From assembly GCA_963840855.1 (NCBI GenBank), contig CAWJBB010000066.1, forward strand, positions 1-64,000: a stretch of 64,000 nt of DNA. Direction: 5' to 3'. Source of the DNA: an uncultured delta proteobacterium. GTDB taxonomy: Bacteria; Desulfobacterota; Binatia; UBA9968. Position numbers and translations under genes: made by a program. The notes beneath the pieces were generated by a model, which saw only the letters and a list, made by a program, of their open reading frames with translations, was not told the origin of the DNA and ran no database searches. Shown piece by piece: positions 9,949-19,953 of this stretch (positions are counted from its first letter, which is position 1; each line of letters starts with the position of its first letter).

Positions 9949-10938
9949 CTATTCCGCTTCTTCCCGGTACAGCCCCAATGCTTCCGTCGATGGCCGGTCG
10001 GTGATCGAAAACAAGATCGCATCTTCGCCATTCAGGTTCTCGTGGGAATGCCACTGCCATGACGGCACCACGAAGATATCGCCCTGTTCCCAGTTGAATT
10101 CGTTGGCCGAGATTTTGGTCGTACCCCGGCCGCGAAAGGCATAGTAAACGCCAGTGCTTGTGTGGCGGTGCGACTTGGTTTTTTCTTTGGGCCGAAGCAA
10201 CTGGATCATGCAAGAACAGGTCGGCAGCGTGTGTCCGCCGTCCACCGGGTTGGCATATTCCAATAACACACCGTCGTAAGGATCGCCGGCGTTTTCTTTG
10301 AGCGCCTGCAAGCTCGCGTTGGTTTCCTCCCACGGATAACGGTACGGCGGCGCCTGGAAAGCATTCTTGATCCAGCTCGGACGCGTGTGGGAAAAAATCT
10401 TCGACGAAAAGTTGTCAGGTCTTTCAACTGGCTGCTGCTCTTTCTTGAAATTCTCCTGGATCATCGCGCCGAAGTGGGTCACGAGCCGAACATCCAAACC
10501 GTCAAGCCACATGACCGGCTCGTTGGAGCCGTTGAAATGATCGTGCCAGGTCCAATTGGGCGTGGTGATGAAATCGCCTTCGAACATCGGAAAGCGCTCC
10601 CCCTCGACGATCGTATAGGCGTTTGGCGTGCCTTTGACGATAAAGCGGACCGCCGCCGCGGTGTGCCGGTGCGCCGCGGCTATCTCACCTGGCTTTACCA
10701 GTTGCACGGAGATATGCACGGTGTTGGTCATGCCGGCGGCGAGACCGGGATTGCGCATCTGAATCGTCCGGCGGCCTGCTTCGCCGGTAGTGATCAATTC
10801 CCCAGACCAATTGAGCGCCTGCATGATGTCGTTGCCTTTCCACAGATAAGGCTTAACGCTTTGCGACCATTCCTGGTGCTCCCAGTGGCCTTTTAAGTTT
10901 CTTTCCTTCATCCACTGACTGAGTTCTTGCAGATCCAT
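9949..10938 (-). CDS. Gentisate 1,2-dioxygenase-like bicupin
   Basis: RRTIQMRNPG, HRHTAAAVRF, TPNWTWHDH, WLDGLD, HRHT and VPSWQWHSH motifs. Confidence 0.85.
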   Translation of the reverse strand: MDLQELSQWMKERNLKGHWEHQEWSQSVKPYLWKGNDIMQALNWSGELITTGEAGRRTIQMRNPGLAAGMTNTVHISVQLVKPGEIAAAHRHTAAAVRFIVKGTPNAYTIVEGERFPMFEGDFITTPNWTWHDHFNGSNEPVMWLDGLDVRLVTHFGAMIQENFKKEQQPVERPDNFSSKIFSHTRPSWIKNAFQAPPYRYPWEETNASLQALKENAGDPYDGVLLEYANPVDGGHTLPTCSCMIQLLRPKEKTKSHRHTSTGVYYAFRGRGTTKISANEFNWEQGDIFVVPSWQWHSHENLNGEDAILFSITDRPSTEALGLYREEAE

Positions 10939-10976
10939 TAGGTCCTCCCGCGTGATAAGCCGTTGTTTATTGCTGG

Positions 10977-11005
10977 TGCATACAAAGGGTCGGTCGCGCT
11001 GTCAA
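10977..11005 (-). promoter_or_regulatory. Sigma70-like promoter of the cupin gene
   Basis: Minus strand TTGACA-17 nt-TATGCA. Confidence 0.5.
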
Positions 11006-11017
11006 ACGGTCTAACTT

Positions 11018-11047
11018 CGAGTCTCGGGTTTCAGGTTTCAGAGTCTC
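11018..11047. repeat. Single-arm heptamer array (GAGTCTC/GGGTTTC/AGGTTTC variants)
   Basis: cgagtctcgggtttcaggtttcagagtctc, just after the tctC-like stop. Confidence 0.55.
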
Positions 11048-11059
11048 CCGCCACCGCTG

Positions 11060-12097
11060 TTACCCGCCCATTACATTCTTCATCGACGCGATCACGTCCG
11101 CCGGCTGCGACATGACTTCTCTGGCCAGGGCTTCGATTTCCTCTCCTGGGATCAACTCCGGCTCGAGACCCTGCTTCTTGGCCTCGGTGAGGAGGTCGGG
11201 ATGTGTCAACGCTTTGGCGTAGGCTGCGCGCAAGACTTTGAGCTGTTCCGTTGGAATTCCCGGCGGTCCGAACATCGGCGCGGCGCCAAATTCACCCGAA
11301 CCGAGCATGACCGACACCAATCGGCGCTGCGCTTCCGGAGTCCTATATTGATCCATCAGTTCACTGAACAGCGGCGTCTCGGGCAGCCGTGGGTCGCGTG
11401 TTTTGCCGCCCTGGACCAGGACACGGACGAGTTTTTTGCTGTGCCAGGTTTGAAGCGGCTCGCGGCCGAAAAAGACCTGGATGGTAAAAGCACGGCACTG
11501 AACTTCGCCGCGCTCGACGGCCAATTCGATCTCCGCGCCGCCCTGATAGCCCAAGACGAGTTGGAACTTCGCGCCAATGGTTTGTTCCAACAACTTGGGC
11601 AAATAGTATCCGGTATTGCCCGTGCCGGTAACGCCGCACTTAGGCGGCACCGCAGCCGTGCGCACGTCGTGGATAGTCTTATAAGGCGTAGCGGCCCACA
11701 TGTAGAGCAAGGGCGAAGTGCGCGTGGTGCTGCCGATCCAGGTTAGTTTGGGCCAATCGAACTGGACTTCCTTCTTCCTTAGCAGCTGCTCGAAGTAAAG
11801 CGCTGCGTTGTTTACGCCGAGGGTTAGACCATCAGGTTTGGCGACCGTGTAAACATAGTTGGTCGCCGTCATCGAGCCGGCGCCGGACATATTCTGAACA
11901 ATCGTGGCGGGGTTGCCGGGAATATGCCTGGTCAGCTGCGGCGCGATCATCCGCGCCCACAGGTCATGGGCGCTGGCCGCCGGGTAACCAACGACGACTC
12001 TGATGGTCTTCCCTTGAAAATAAGGGGTCTGCGCGGCGACGCTCGATGATAACAGTGCCAGACCCAACAGCCAAAAAGCAGTCATTTTCATGGCCAC
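11060..12097 (-). CDS. Tripartite tricarboxylate transporter substrate-binding protein (Bug/TctC family)
   Basis: GKTIRVVVGYP, PGNP..IVQNM.GAG, AKPDGLT and LAVERGEV motifs. Confidence 0.88.
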   Translation of the reverse strand: MAMKMTAFWLLGLALLSSSVAAQTPYFQGKTIRVVVGYPAASAHDLWARMIAPQLTRHIPGNPATIVQNMSGAGSMTATNYVYTVAKPDGLTLGVNNAALYFEQLLRKKEVQFDWPKLTWIGSTTRTSPLLYMWAATPYKTIHDVRTAAVPPKCGVTGTGNTGYYLPKLLEQTIGAKFQLVLGYQGGAEIELAVERGEVQCRAFTIQVFFGREPLQTWHSKKLVRVLVQGGKTRDPRLPETPLFSELMDQYRTPEAQRRLVSVMLGSGEFGAAPMFGPPGIPTEQLKVLRAAYAKALTHPDLLTEAKKQGLEPELIPGEEIEALAREVMSQPADVIASMKNVMGG

Positions 12098-12424
12098 CCT
12101 CCTGTATTGTGCGCGATACGCGGCGGGGAAAGCGAGGCGAGAATAGGGCGAAACACGCTCCCCGTCAAGAAAGAAAAAGTAGCGCTGACACGCCCTAGCC
12201 GTATTTGATTCACATCTCTAAGGATTTCGCGGTTTGCGCCGATATCTCACACTGTGGCGTTTGGCACCCGCGGACCGTCAGAGACCATGGCGATGTAGCC
12301 AATTAAAATGGCCGGCGTCAGGAAAAGCGCAAAACCTGACCTCCTCCCATAGGCCAACGCTCGATAATCATTTGATCGAGTCGAAGACCTGCCGATACAT
12401 TAGACAGAAAAAAGGATACATCGA

Positions 12425-14750
12425 ATGCAAACAATGCTCGCGGCCAAACTGAAAATCGGCGCCCTCCTCACCAAAGATGGGCTGCTGAGCGGTGAACAGC
12501 TCGCCAAAAGTCTGGAGATTCAAAAGAAGCAATATCCGGCATTGCCTTTGGGCAAGGTGTGCGTTGCCCTTGGGTACTTGACTTCGGAAGACTTGAACGA
12601 GGTTCTCGCCAAACATCACCGCCGCATTCCCCTGGGGGAAATGTTGGTCCATCTCGATTTAATCAGCATGGAACAACTAAAAGAGGCGCTTGAGCTGCAG
12701 CAAAGAGAGCGCCCCAAAAGAAAAATAGGCACGGTGATGATCGAGAAGGGTCTCATCGATGAGCCCACGCTGATTCACGCCCTCTATGAGCAATCGCAGC
12801 GAAACCACGCCGGCGCGCAACGCAGCCTGGGAAAGTTCGAGGCCCTGGTCGTCGCCGGGCGCTTGGAGCGCCACGAACTCGAAGCGGCTCTCATACAAGC
12901 CCAGGCGCAGCACGTTGCCGTCGAAAGCATTCTCATGCAACGGTACCGGATCAACAAGAAAGTACTGGGCGCTGCCTTGAGCGCTTTTTATCGCTGCCCG
13001 TTTATAGAGTACGACGAAACGCGCATACCCCTGCGGGAGCACGTGCAGGAGATCAGTCCCTCCTATCTCAAGGCCAATTTCTGGATCCCGCTTCAGGTCA
13101 GCGACGACTCCGTAACCGTGATGATCGACGACCCGCTGGCAACGAGCAAGATTCAGGACATCCGGCGCCTGTTTCCAGGTAAAGTCATAGAGCGCGTGGT
13201 CGGATTTCAGGACGATATCTTGAAGTACGTCAACCGGATGTACGAATCGCCGCAGCGGCAGGATCAATGAGTCCGTCAGCGCCATATTGGGCCAGCTCAA
13301 CGAAGATCGGGCCGACTTACCGGAAACCAAGGAAGAGCACCTGGTAAAAGAGGACGACAGCGCCGTCGTTCGCCTCGTCAATCAAATCATCGTGGAGGCT
13401 TGGAAGCAGGGCGCGTCGGACATTCACATCGAGCCGGGAGGGAGCGATCGCGAAACGAGAATCCGCTTTCGCGTCGACGGTCGTTGCTTTGAATACCTCC
13501 GGGTGCCGCCGGCCTACCGGCGGGCCCTCGTCTCTCGTGTCAAAATCATAGCCGGTTTGGACATCGCCGAGCGGCGCAAGCCGCAGGACGGCAAAATCAA
13601 GTTTCAACAGTCGGACCGCGCTTTCGAACTGCGGGTCGCGACTATACCGACTGCCGGTCCAAGTAACGAAGACGTCGTGTTGCGTTTGCTGATGGTGGAA
13701 AAGCCGAAATCTCTCGAACAGCTGAATATGACGCCGCGCAATCATCGCGAGTTCTGCGCTATGTTAGGAAAGCCCTACGGACTGATCCTCTCCGTCGGAC
13801 CCACCGGGGCAGGAAAAACTACGACACTGCACTCGGCGCTGAGCCTGATCAACACACCCGAACGAAAAATTTGGACCGCGGAAGATCCGGTGGAAATCAC
13901 TCAGCCGGGACTACGCCAGGTCCAGGTACAGCCCAAAATCGGCTTTAATTTTGCCGCGGCCCTGCGCGCTTTTCTGCGCGCCGATCCTGACGTCATCATG
14001 GTGGGTGAGATTCGTGACGACGAAACCGCCCAGGTCGCCATGGAAGCATCCCTGACGGGACACCTGGTGCTGAGCACGTTGCATACGAATAGCGCCGTCG
14101 AGACCGTTACTCGATTGCTGGAAATGGGCATCGATCCCTTTAACTTCGCGGACTCTTTGCTCGGCGTCATGGCCCAACGCCTGGCCCGGACTATCTGTGG
14201 CGACTGCAAGGAGGCTTATCATGCGTCCAAGGAAGAGTTCGAAGTCATCGCCCACGCTTTTGGTGAAGCCGAGTTTGCCCAGCTGGGAGTTCAATACGAC
14301 GACCAGTTTCGCCTCTACCGTGGTCGCGGCTGCGCGTCATGCCGCAATAGCGGCTATAGGGGACGCATCGGGCTGCATGAACTATTGGTCGTCACCGACA
14401 GGATCAAACAGCTCATCCATGTGCGGGCAAGCGCCACGGAACTCCGCGAGGCGGCGCTCTGCGAAGGGATGGCCACCCTGGTGCAAGACGGCGTGCTCAA
14501 GGTTCTGGAAGGCTGGACCGACTACAATCAAGTGAAAGCCGTCGCTAGGAAATTCACCGGTCCTCACCCGGCCACCTCGATTGAGATTCATCGACTTCAA
14601 TCCGGCTACAAATGCAAATTTCTTCATAGGTCGGCGTCGGCATACCGGCTTTCCAACTCGCATCGCGCAGTTCGATGCGGTTGCCGCTGGGATCGAGCAC
14701 GAACAGTTGCCGGTAAACCGCTGGCCGCTAAATCCAGCTCACGGCTCTAA
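12425..14750 (+). CDS. GspE/PilB-family ATPase with multiple N-terminal MshEN motifs; frameshift near 13260, true C-terminus probably near 14550
   Basis: ASDIHIEP, DIAERRKPQDG, Walker A GPTGAGKTTT, LRADPDVIMVGEIRD, TGHLVLSTLHTN, CxxC..CxxC; LG-x-L-xx-G-x-L-x-Q motifs in the upstream ORF. Confidence 0.85.
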
Positions 14751-15041
14751 TGCCAAGTCGCTGACATTTGCACGCCCGGTTAAACATCTCCGGGCTTACG
14801 TCGAAGCGTGATGCAACCGGCCATCCTGCTCGATGGTGCGCGTAAGCGGTTCTTTGCGCCGGCATAGAATAATGTTGTGGTTGCCGATCCTAAAACAAGA
14901 CTGCGGCGAGCTCGCCAAGCGCCCTACATATTCCAGCCCGAGTATCTCGCCGTAGAAGTTTTCGGCCTCTTCCAAGTTATTCACCGGTATCGACCAATGC
15001 ACCACCGCGTCGAGTTTGAGCATGCCCATGATGGTCTCCAT
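14600..15041 (-). pseudogene. VOC/glyoxalase-family protein with several frameshifts (3' end approximate)
   Basis: HWSIPVNNLEEAENFYGEILGL, then HAFDV and LDPSGNRIEL in shifted frames. Confidence 0.65.
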
Positions 15042-15076
15042 TTACGACTGAAAATGATAGATCGAGCGGTTATCTG

Positions 15077-15367
15077 CTATTTGACCTCATGCACTAGATA
15101 ATGCGCCCCGTCGCTCTTGGCCGTCTGGTAGCCTGAATTGATCTCCCGCATGCGGTTGTGGGTCGGGGTACCGCGGTGTTGCGTGTGCGCTTCGACGCTG
15201 TCCCATTCGAGTATCAGCACGACCCGGCTTGGATCTTCGATACTGGTGAAGAATTTTATTCCGTGGGAGCCGGCGTAGTTGGCGTCCTTCAGCGTCTGGC
15301 TGAAAACCTTGATATACTCGTCGCGCCGCGCCGGATCGACGGTTTGAATGGCGATTTCGTAAATCAC
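15077..15367 (-). CDS. Antibiotic biosynthesis monooxygenase (ABM) family protein
   Basis: SIEDPSRVVLILEWDSVEAH motif; GTG start after AGGAGG. Confidence 0.75.
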   Translation of the reverse strand: MIYEIAIQTVDPARRDEYIKVFSQTLKDANYAGSHGIKFFTSIEDPSRVVLILEWDSVEAHTQHRGTPTHNRMREINSGYQTAKSDGAHYLVHEVK

Positions 15368-15389
15368 GAATTCCTCCTTTTGCGGGCTG

Positions 15390-15926
15390 CTAAAAGGTGA
15401 CGGTGCCGGGCGAGACGTCAAGGTCAAACGTCCTGGCAACCATACTGATAAAATTGTAATGGCCCACCAGTCCCACAGCCTCCACCAGGGGACCAACGCC
15501 AAGCTCTGCCTGAGCGCGGCCGAACAGCTCGTCGGAAAGCTTGCGCTCGCGAAGTAGACTGCGCGCCGTTTCTATAACGATTTTTTCGTGGGGTGTCAGC
15601 CCATCCACTGGTCCGTTGGCGCGCAGCGTTTCGAGGGCTTCGCCGCGAACGCCGACCTCCCGCGCGCGGATCTCATGGCGGCTCCAGGGATAGCGCGCGC
15701 CCAGCTCGCGGGCCACCGCGAGGATGATCATTTCTTTGTCGGCTTTGGCCAGGGTCCCGTGGTCCCGAAAATAACCCTCGGTCGCCGAAAAACATCCCGC
15801 CATCTCGGGCACATGCATCAGCGTCCCGTACGGCCCACCACCAGTACGCCCGCGCATCGCTTGGTCCCATATCGTTTGTTGTTCGCTGGTCAACTTGTCG
15901 CGGCTCGCGGCCGGTATTTTGCTCAT
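15390..15926 (-). CDS. Carboxymuconolactone decarboxylase/AhpD-like protein
   Basis: GGPYGTLMHVPE, EMIILAVARE and VGLVGHYN motifs. Confidence 0.75.
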   Translation of the reverse strand: MSKIPAASRDKLTSEQQTIWDQAMRGRTGGGPYGTLMHVPEMAGCFSATEGYFRDHGTLAKADKEMIILAVARELGARYPWSRHEIRAREVGVRGEALETLRANGPVDGLTPHEKIVIETARSLLRERKLSDELFGRAQAELGVGPLVEAVGLVGHYNFISMVARTFDLDVSPGTVTF

Positions 15927-16057
15927 GACGATTCCTCCTCCCAAGTCTCGCGCAATAACCCATCCCGGCAACAGCTGTCAAGCACTACTCCCGGCGCCCG
16001 AATTCTGATAACAGAGGTAACAACCTAAGCGAGACACTGCCGACTCAGGAGGAAGAT

Positions 16058-17032
16058 ATGGCAAACATCGCGTTGACTCTGGCCTGCCAGGACTACGATC
16101 ACACCCGCGCGCTCGCCAACGGCACGGTGAGCGCGGCGGGCGTAGATCTCGAGGTCGTCAACATTTCGCCGCCGTCGGAGATTTTTTTGCGCATGCTCAA
16201 CAACGAAGAGTTCGATGTTTCGGAAATGTCGCTGTCGAATTATATGATCGCCCTCGGTAGCGACGACCGGCGTTTTATTGCGCTCCCGGTGTTTCCATCC
16301 CGGGTATTTCGTCACTCCTATGTTTGGATCAACACCAACGTCGGCATCGAAAAACCCCAGGATCTCAAAGGCAAGCGGGTCGGCATCGCCGACTACTCGA
16401 TGACCGCGCTCTTGTTTACCCGCGGCTTCCTGACGCATCAGTACGGCGTTCGTCCCGAAGAGATCCACTGGCTGCGCCGGCGCCGGGAGCATGTCTCCAT
16501 CGCCGTGCCTGAGGGTATTCACATCGACAACATCGGCAAAGACGAAACTCTGGACGACCTGCTGGAACAAGGGAAGCTCGATGCCGTGGCGCTGACACAA
16601 CCGCCGCGCGGCTTCGTTCGCGGTTCGCCGAACATTCGCCGGCTTTTTTCCGACCCCCGGGCGGCTGAGGCGGAGTACTACCGGCAGACCAAGATTTTTC
16701 CAATCATGCACACCGTGGTCATGCGACGCGCGGTTTATGAAAAACAGCCGTCCCTCGCCTTGGAACTCGCCAAGGCGTTTCAAGCCGCTAAAGAACAATC
16801 CTACGAGCGTCTGGAAGAAAAATCATTCGCGCTCCCCTGGCTGAATCTCGATCTCGAATTTGCTCAACAGGTAATGGGTCGTGACATTTACGCCTATGGT
16901 GTCGAAGCGAGCCTGCCGACGCTCGAAGCGGCCACGCTCTATTCCCATGAGCAGGGGCTGACAAAACGCCGGCTGGAAGTCAGCGAACTGTTCGCGCCGG
17001 AGACGCTGGATTTGTTCGGCGCAGCCGGTTAA
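16058..17032 (+). CDS. 4,5-dihydroxyphthalate decarboxylase-like protein (SBP fold)
   Basis: LTLACQDYDHT, EFDVSEMSLS, PVFPSRVFRH, YYRQTKIFPIMH and YSHEQGL motifs. Confidence 0.82.
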   Translation: MANIALTLACQDYDHTRALANGTVSAAGVDLEVVNISPPSEIFLRMLNNEEFDVSEMSLSNYMIALGSDDRRFIALPVFPSRVFRHSYVWINTNVGIEKPQDLKGKRVGIADYSMTALLFTRGFLTHQYGVRPEEIHWLRRRREHVSIAVPEGIHIDNIGKDETLDDLLEQGKLDAVALTQPPRGFVRGSPNIRRLFSDPRAAEAEYYRQTKIFPIMHTVVMRRAVYEKQPSLALELAKAFQAAKEQSYERLEEKSFALPWLNLDLEFAQQVMGRDIYAYGVEASLPTLEAATLYSHEQGLTKRRLEVSELFAPETLDLFGAAG

Positions 17033-17967
17033 ACGACCAGATTGCGCAGGCGCGAGCTAAGATAATCCACGAACATGACGAGCGCGATCAGAACCAAAAC
17101 GATGGCGGCCGCTTCCTGGTATTGAAAGGTGCGAAAGCTCGTATTCATAAGATAACCGATGCCGCCCGCTCCAATGAGGCCAAGCACCGACGCGGCGCGG
17201 ATGTTGGTTTCCAGGCGATAGAGCGTAAAAGAAATCAAGTCCGGCAGTATCTGCGGCAAGACAGCGAAGGAAAGTATTTGCGTGTAACCCGCGCCGGTGG
17301 CGCGGATCGCCTCGACGACTCCTTCATCGATGTTCTCGACGGATTCCGACAGCAGCTTGCCAAGCACCGTCGCCGTGTGGATCGCCAGCGCCAGCGTGCC
17401 GGCAAACGCCCCCAGTCCCACCGCCGCGACAAAAAGCAGCCCTAACGCCAGGTCGGGAATAGTGCGGAGAAAATTGAGCACCAGGCGGACGCCGTTATAA
17501 ACCGATGGGTGCGGTGTGGTATTGCGCGCGGCCAGAAAACCCAGCGGGAAGGCTACCAGCAGCGCCAGAAAAGTTCCCGCCAGCGCCATCTGCACGGTCT
17601 CCAGGGTCGCGCCGACGATGGTCTGCGGAAACGTATTGTCCCACCAGCGCTGCTTGGCGCGCGCCTGGTTTTCCGCCAGCGGCAGCGGCAGAATCAGTTC
17701 CGCGAACGAAAGCGTATTGGGGAAAAAATAACCCTTGGCGTCGGTGATTTTCGAGAAGTCCGGCGGCAACATCCGCCCAACGGTGATGAAAATCTGCGGG
17801 ATGCCCTGAAACAATTCGGCGGGCCTGATTTTCGCGCCCTGAAAGGACCAGATGAGAATTAGAAAAGTCACCGCTACGAGCAGGTAAAAGCGCGCGCCTC
17901 GCTTCGGCGCCAGCGGCGCTTCGGCAAGAATTTTCTCATCGCTTTCGCGCGCCATTTTTTCAGCCAA
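17029..17967 (-). CDS. phnE: Phosphonate ABC transporter permease
   Basis: ETVQMALAGT, RTIPDL, EAIRATGA and ETNIRAASVLGLIGAGGIG motifs. Confidence 0.9.
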   Translation of the reverse strand: MAEKMARESDEKILAEAPLAPKRGARFYLLVAVTFLILIWSFQGAKIRPAELFQGIPQIFITVGRMLPPDFSKITDAKGYFFPNTLSFAELILPLPLAENQARAKQRWWDNTFPQTIVGATLETVQMALAGTFLALLVAFPLGFLAARNTTPHPSVYNGVRLVLNFLRTIPDLALGLLFVAAVGLGAFAGTLALAIHTATVLGKLLSESVENIDEGVVEAIRATGAGYTQILSFAVLPQILPDLISFTLYRLETNIRAASVLGLIGAGGIGYLMNTSFRTFQYQEAAAIVLVLIALVMFVDYLSSRLRNLVV

Positions 17968-17986
17968 GTGATCCTCCTCTCCGACA

Positions 17987-18082
17987 GTTCAAGGTTCAAA
18001 GTTCAACGTTCAAGGTCCGCTCCACCGCCCCACCGCAAAGATTCCATCGAAAACTTTGAACGTTGAACCTTGAACATTGAAC
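17987..18082. repeat. Inverted heptamer array: (GTTCAAN)x4, spacer, (TTGAACN)x4
   Basis: Between the phnC stop and the phnE RBS. Confidence 0.9.
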
Positions 18083-18095
18083 CGAACCGACCGGT

Positions 18096-18872
18096 TCAAT
18101 CCTTGCGTTGATAAACAGAATCGCTGACGGCGTCGGTCAGGTCGCGAGCCGGGCCGTCGAAGAAAATTTTTCCCTGTTTGAGTCCGATGACGCGGTCGGC
18201 ATACTCTCGCGTCAGCTCCAGCGTGTGCAGGCTAACCAGCGCCGTGATTCCGTCCTCGCGGCAAACGCGCTTGAGAATATCGAGCACCACGCGGGAGAGC
18301 TTGGGGTCGAGGCTAGAGACTGGCTCGTCGGCAAGAATCAGCGCCGGCTCTTGCATCAAGGTGCGCGCGATGGCCACTCGCTGCTGTTCGCCGCCGCTAA
18401 GTTGATCGGCGCGTTTGTAGGCGTGATCCAGGAGGCCGACGCGCTTTAGATTGACCAACGCCCGGCGTTTCATCTCACCAGAAAAAATCCTCAGGGAACC
18501 CCTCAACACCGGCTGGTAGCCGAGGGAGCCGGAAAGCACGTTATCGATCACCGACATTCGCTTGACTATGTTGAACTGCTGAAAGATCATGCCGATCTTG
18601 CGCCTGAGGAGCCTGAGCTCGCGCCTGTCAAGCGCGCGGACATCGGCGCTGGCGCCGTTGGCAGTTTCGCCCAATAGCGCGCGGGGTACCAGAATCTCGC
18701 CCGCGCTGGCGTCGATCAACCGGTTAATGCAGCGCAGCAAGGTCGATTTACCCGAGCCGCTGAGTCCAATAACGCCGACGAACTCCCCCTGCTCGATTGC
18801 AAGATCCACGCCCTTTAGCACCGGCGCGCCGCCGTAGGATTTCTCCAGGCCCCTGACTTCGAGGATGGTCAC
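18096..18872 (-). CDS. phnC: Phosphonate ABC transporter ATP-binding protein
   Basis: [38 protein letters not shown] motifs; phnDE context. Confidence 0.9.
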   Translation of the reverse strand: MTILEVRGLEKSYGGAPVLKGVDLAIEQGEFVGVIGLSGSGKSTLLRCINRLIDASAGEILVPRALLGETANGASADVRALDRRELRLLRRKIGMIFQQFNIVKRMSVIDNVLSGSLGYQPVLRGSLRIFSGEMKRRALVNLKRVGLLDHAYKRADQLSGGEQQRVAIARTLMQEPALILADEPVSSLDPKLSRVVLDILKRVCREDGITALVSLHTLELTREYADRVIGLKQGKIFFDGPARDLTDAVSDSVYQRKD

Positions 18873-18874
18873 GG

Positions 18875-19795
18875 CTACTTTTTTTTGAGCGCATCCTTGA
18901 GCTGGATGCCGGCGATGCTGAACGCCCGGCGCACGGAATCGTAATCTTTATCCGTGGCCGGGACGAAGCCGTCGATTTGATAAAGGTCTCTGAGCATTAT
19001 CTTGCCCTGGGGATCACGGCTCAATTCGATGAATATTTCTTCGATCTGCTTGCCGACCCGCTCGTCGAGATTACTGCTAAAGACCAAATTGTCGGCGGGT
19101 ATCGGCTCGGAGTAGGCGATGGCGCGAATTTTTTTCACATCCTCGGGATTTTTTAAATAACGCGCCCAGGCGGTATCGCCGCCGTCGGTGGAGTTGGCGT
19201 AGGTCGCGCCGGCATCCACCTTGCGGTTGAGCACCGCGAGCACCGTGGCATCGTGACCGCCTGCGTAGAGAATGTGCTTGAAATCACGCACCGGGTCGAT
19301 GCCCTTATCATGAAACAGCTTGCGCGGAAAAACGTTGGCGGAGGTCGACAACGGGTCACCGAACGCGAAAACCTTGCCGCGCAGGTCTTCCAGCGAATTA
19401 ATGCCGCTATCGGCGCGGGTAATGATCGCTGCGTAATAAAAGGGCGAGCCCTTGCGTTCGGACTTGAGCGCCACCCGCACGTTGGCTTCGTTTTTCGCGA
19501 GCACGTAGGAAGCCGGCGTTAAGAAGGCTATGTCGAGCTTGCCTACCCGGAGCGCTTCGACCACCCCGGTATAGTCGGTGGCCACGAAGGGCTGGACCTC
19601 CATACCGAGTTTTTTTTGCAGAATCTCCACCAGCGGCTGGGCGTTTCGGATCACCTGCTGGGCATCTTCCGACGGCACAAAGCCCACGCGCAAAACTTTA
19701 GATGACGAGGAAGACTTGCCGCAAGCGCCGATCACCAATAGCGCCAGCGCCAATGCAAACACGCGGGCGCATAAGTTAGTCATGGTATTTATCAT
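18875..19795 (-). CDS. phnD: Phosphate/phosphite/phosphonate ABC substrate-binding lipoprotein
   Basis: Lipobox IGAC; DYTGVVEAL, DPLSTS and GGHDA motifs. Confidence 0.88.
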   Translation of the reverse strand: MINTMTNLCARVFALALALLVIGACGKSSSSSKVLRVGFVPSEDAQQVIRNAQPLVEILQKKLGMEVQPFVATDYTGVVEALRVGKLDIAFLTPASYVLAKNEANVRVALKSERKGSPFYYAAIITRADSGINSLEDLRGKVFAFGDPLSTSANVFPRKLFHDKGIDPVRDFKHILYAGGHDATVLAVLNRKVDAGATYANSTDGGDTAWARYLKNPEDVKKIRAIAYSEPIPADNLVFSSNLDERVGKQIEEIFIELSRDPQGKIMLRDLYQIDGFVPATDKDYDSVRRAFSIAGIQLKDALKKK

Positions 19796-19827
19796 TACTG
19801 AAACCCGGGAATGGTGCAAATAGATCT

Positions 19828-19953
19828 GTGGAGGCGCACACTGCGTGTGCCGTTCAAAGTTCAAGGTTCAACGTTCAAAGTTAGGTATAACGCCTATGCG
19901 GTGCATAAAAGATCGGAATACGTTGAACATTGAACTTTGAACCGGTAGGCCGG
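19828..19953. repeat. Composite element: GTGG plus GCACAC-TGC-GTGTGC palindrome, (GTTCAAN)x4, spacer, (TTGAACN)x3
   Basis: Direct reading; near-copy at 33049-33154. Confidence 0.88.

Noticed and set aside
13240-13290. Programmed frameshift or natural split of MshEN and ATPase
   Set aside because: No slippery motif and no RBS for the second ORF; similar indels occur throughout the window
14550-14750. Unusual C-terminal extension of the GspE ATPase
   Set aside because: It overlaps the antisense VOC gene in an indel-rich stretch; likely artefactual read-through
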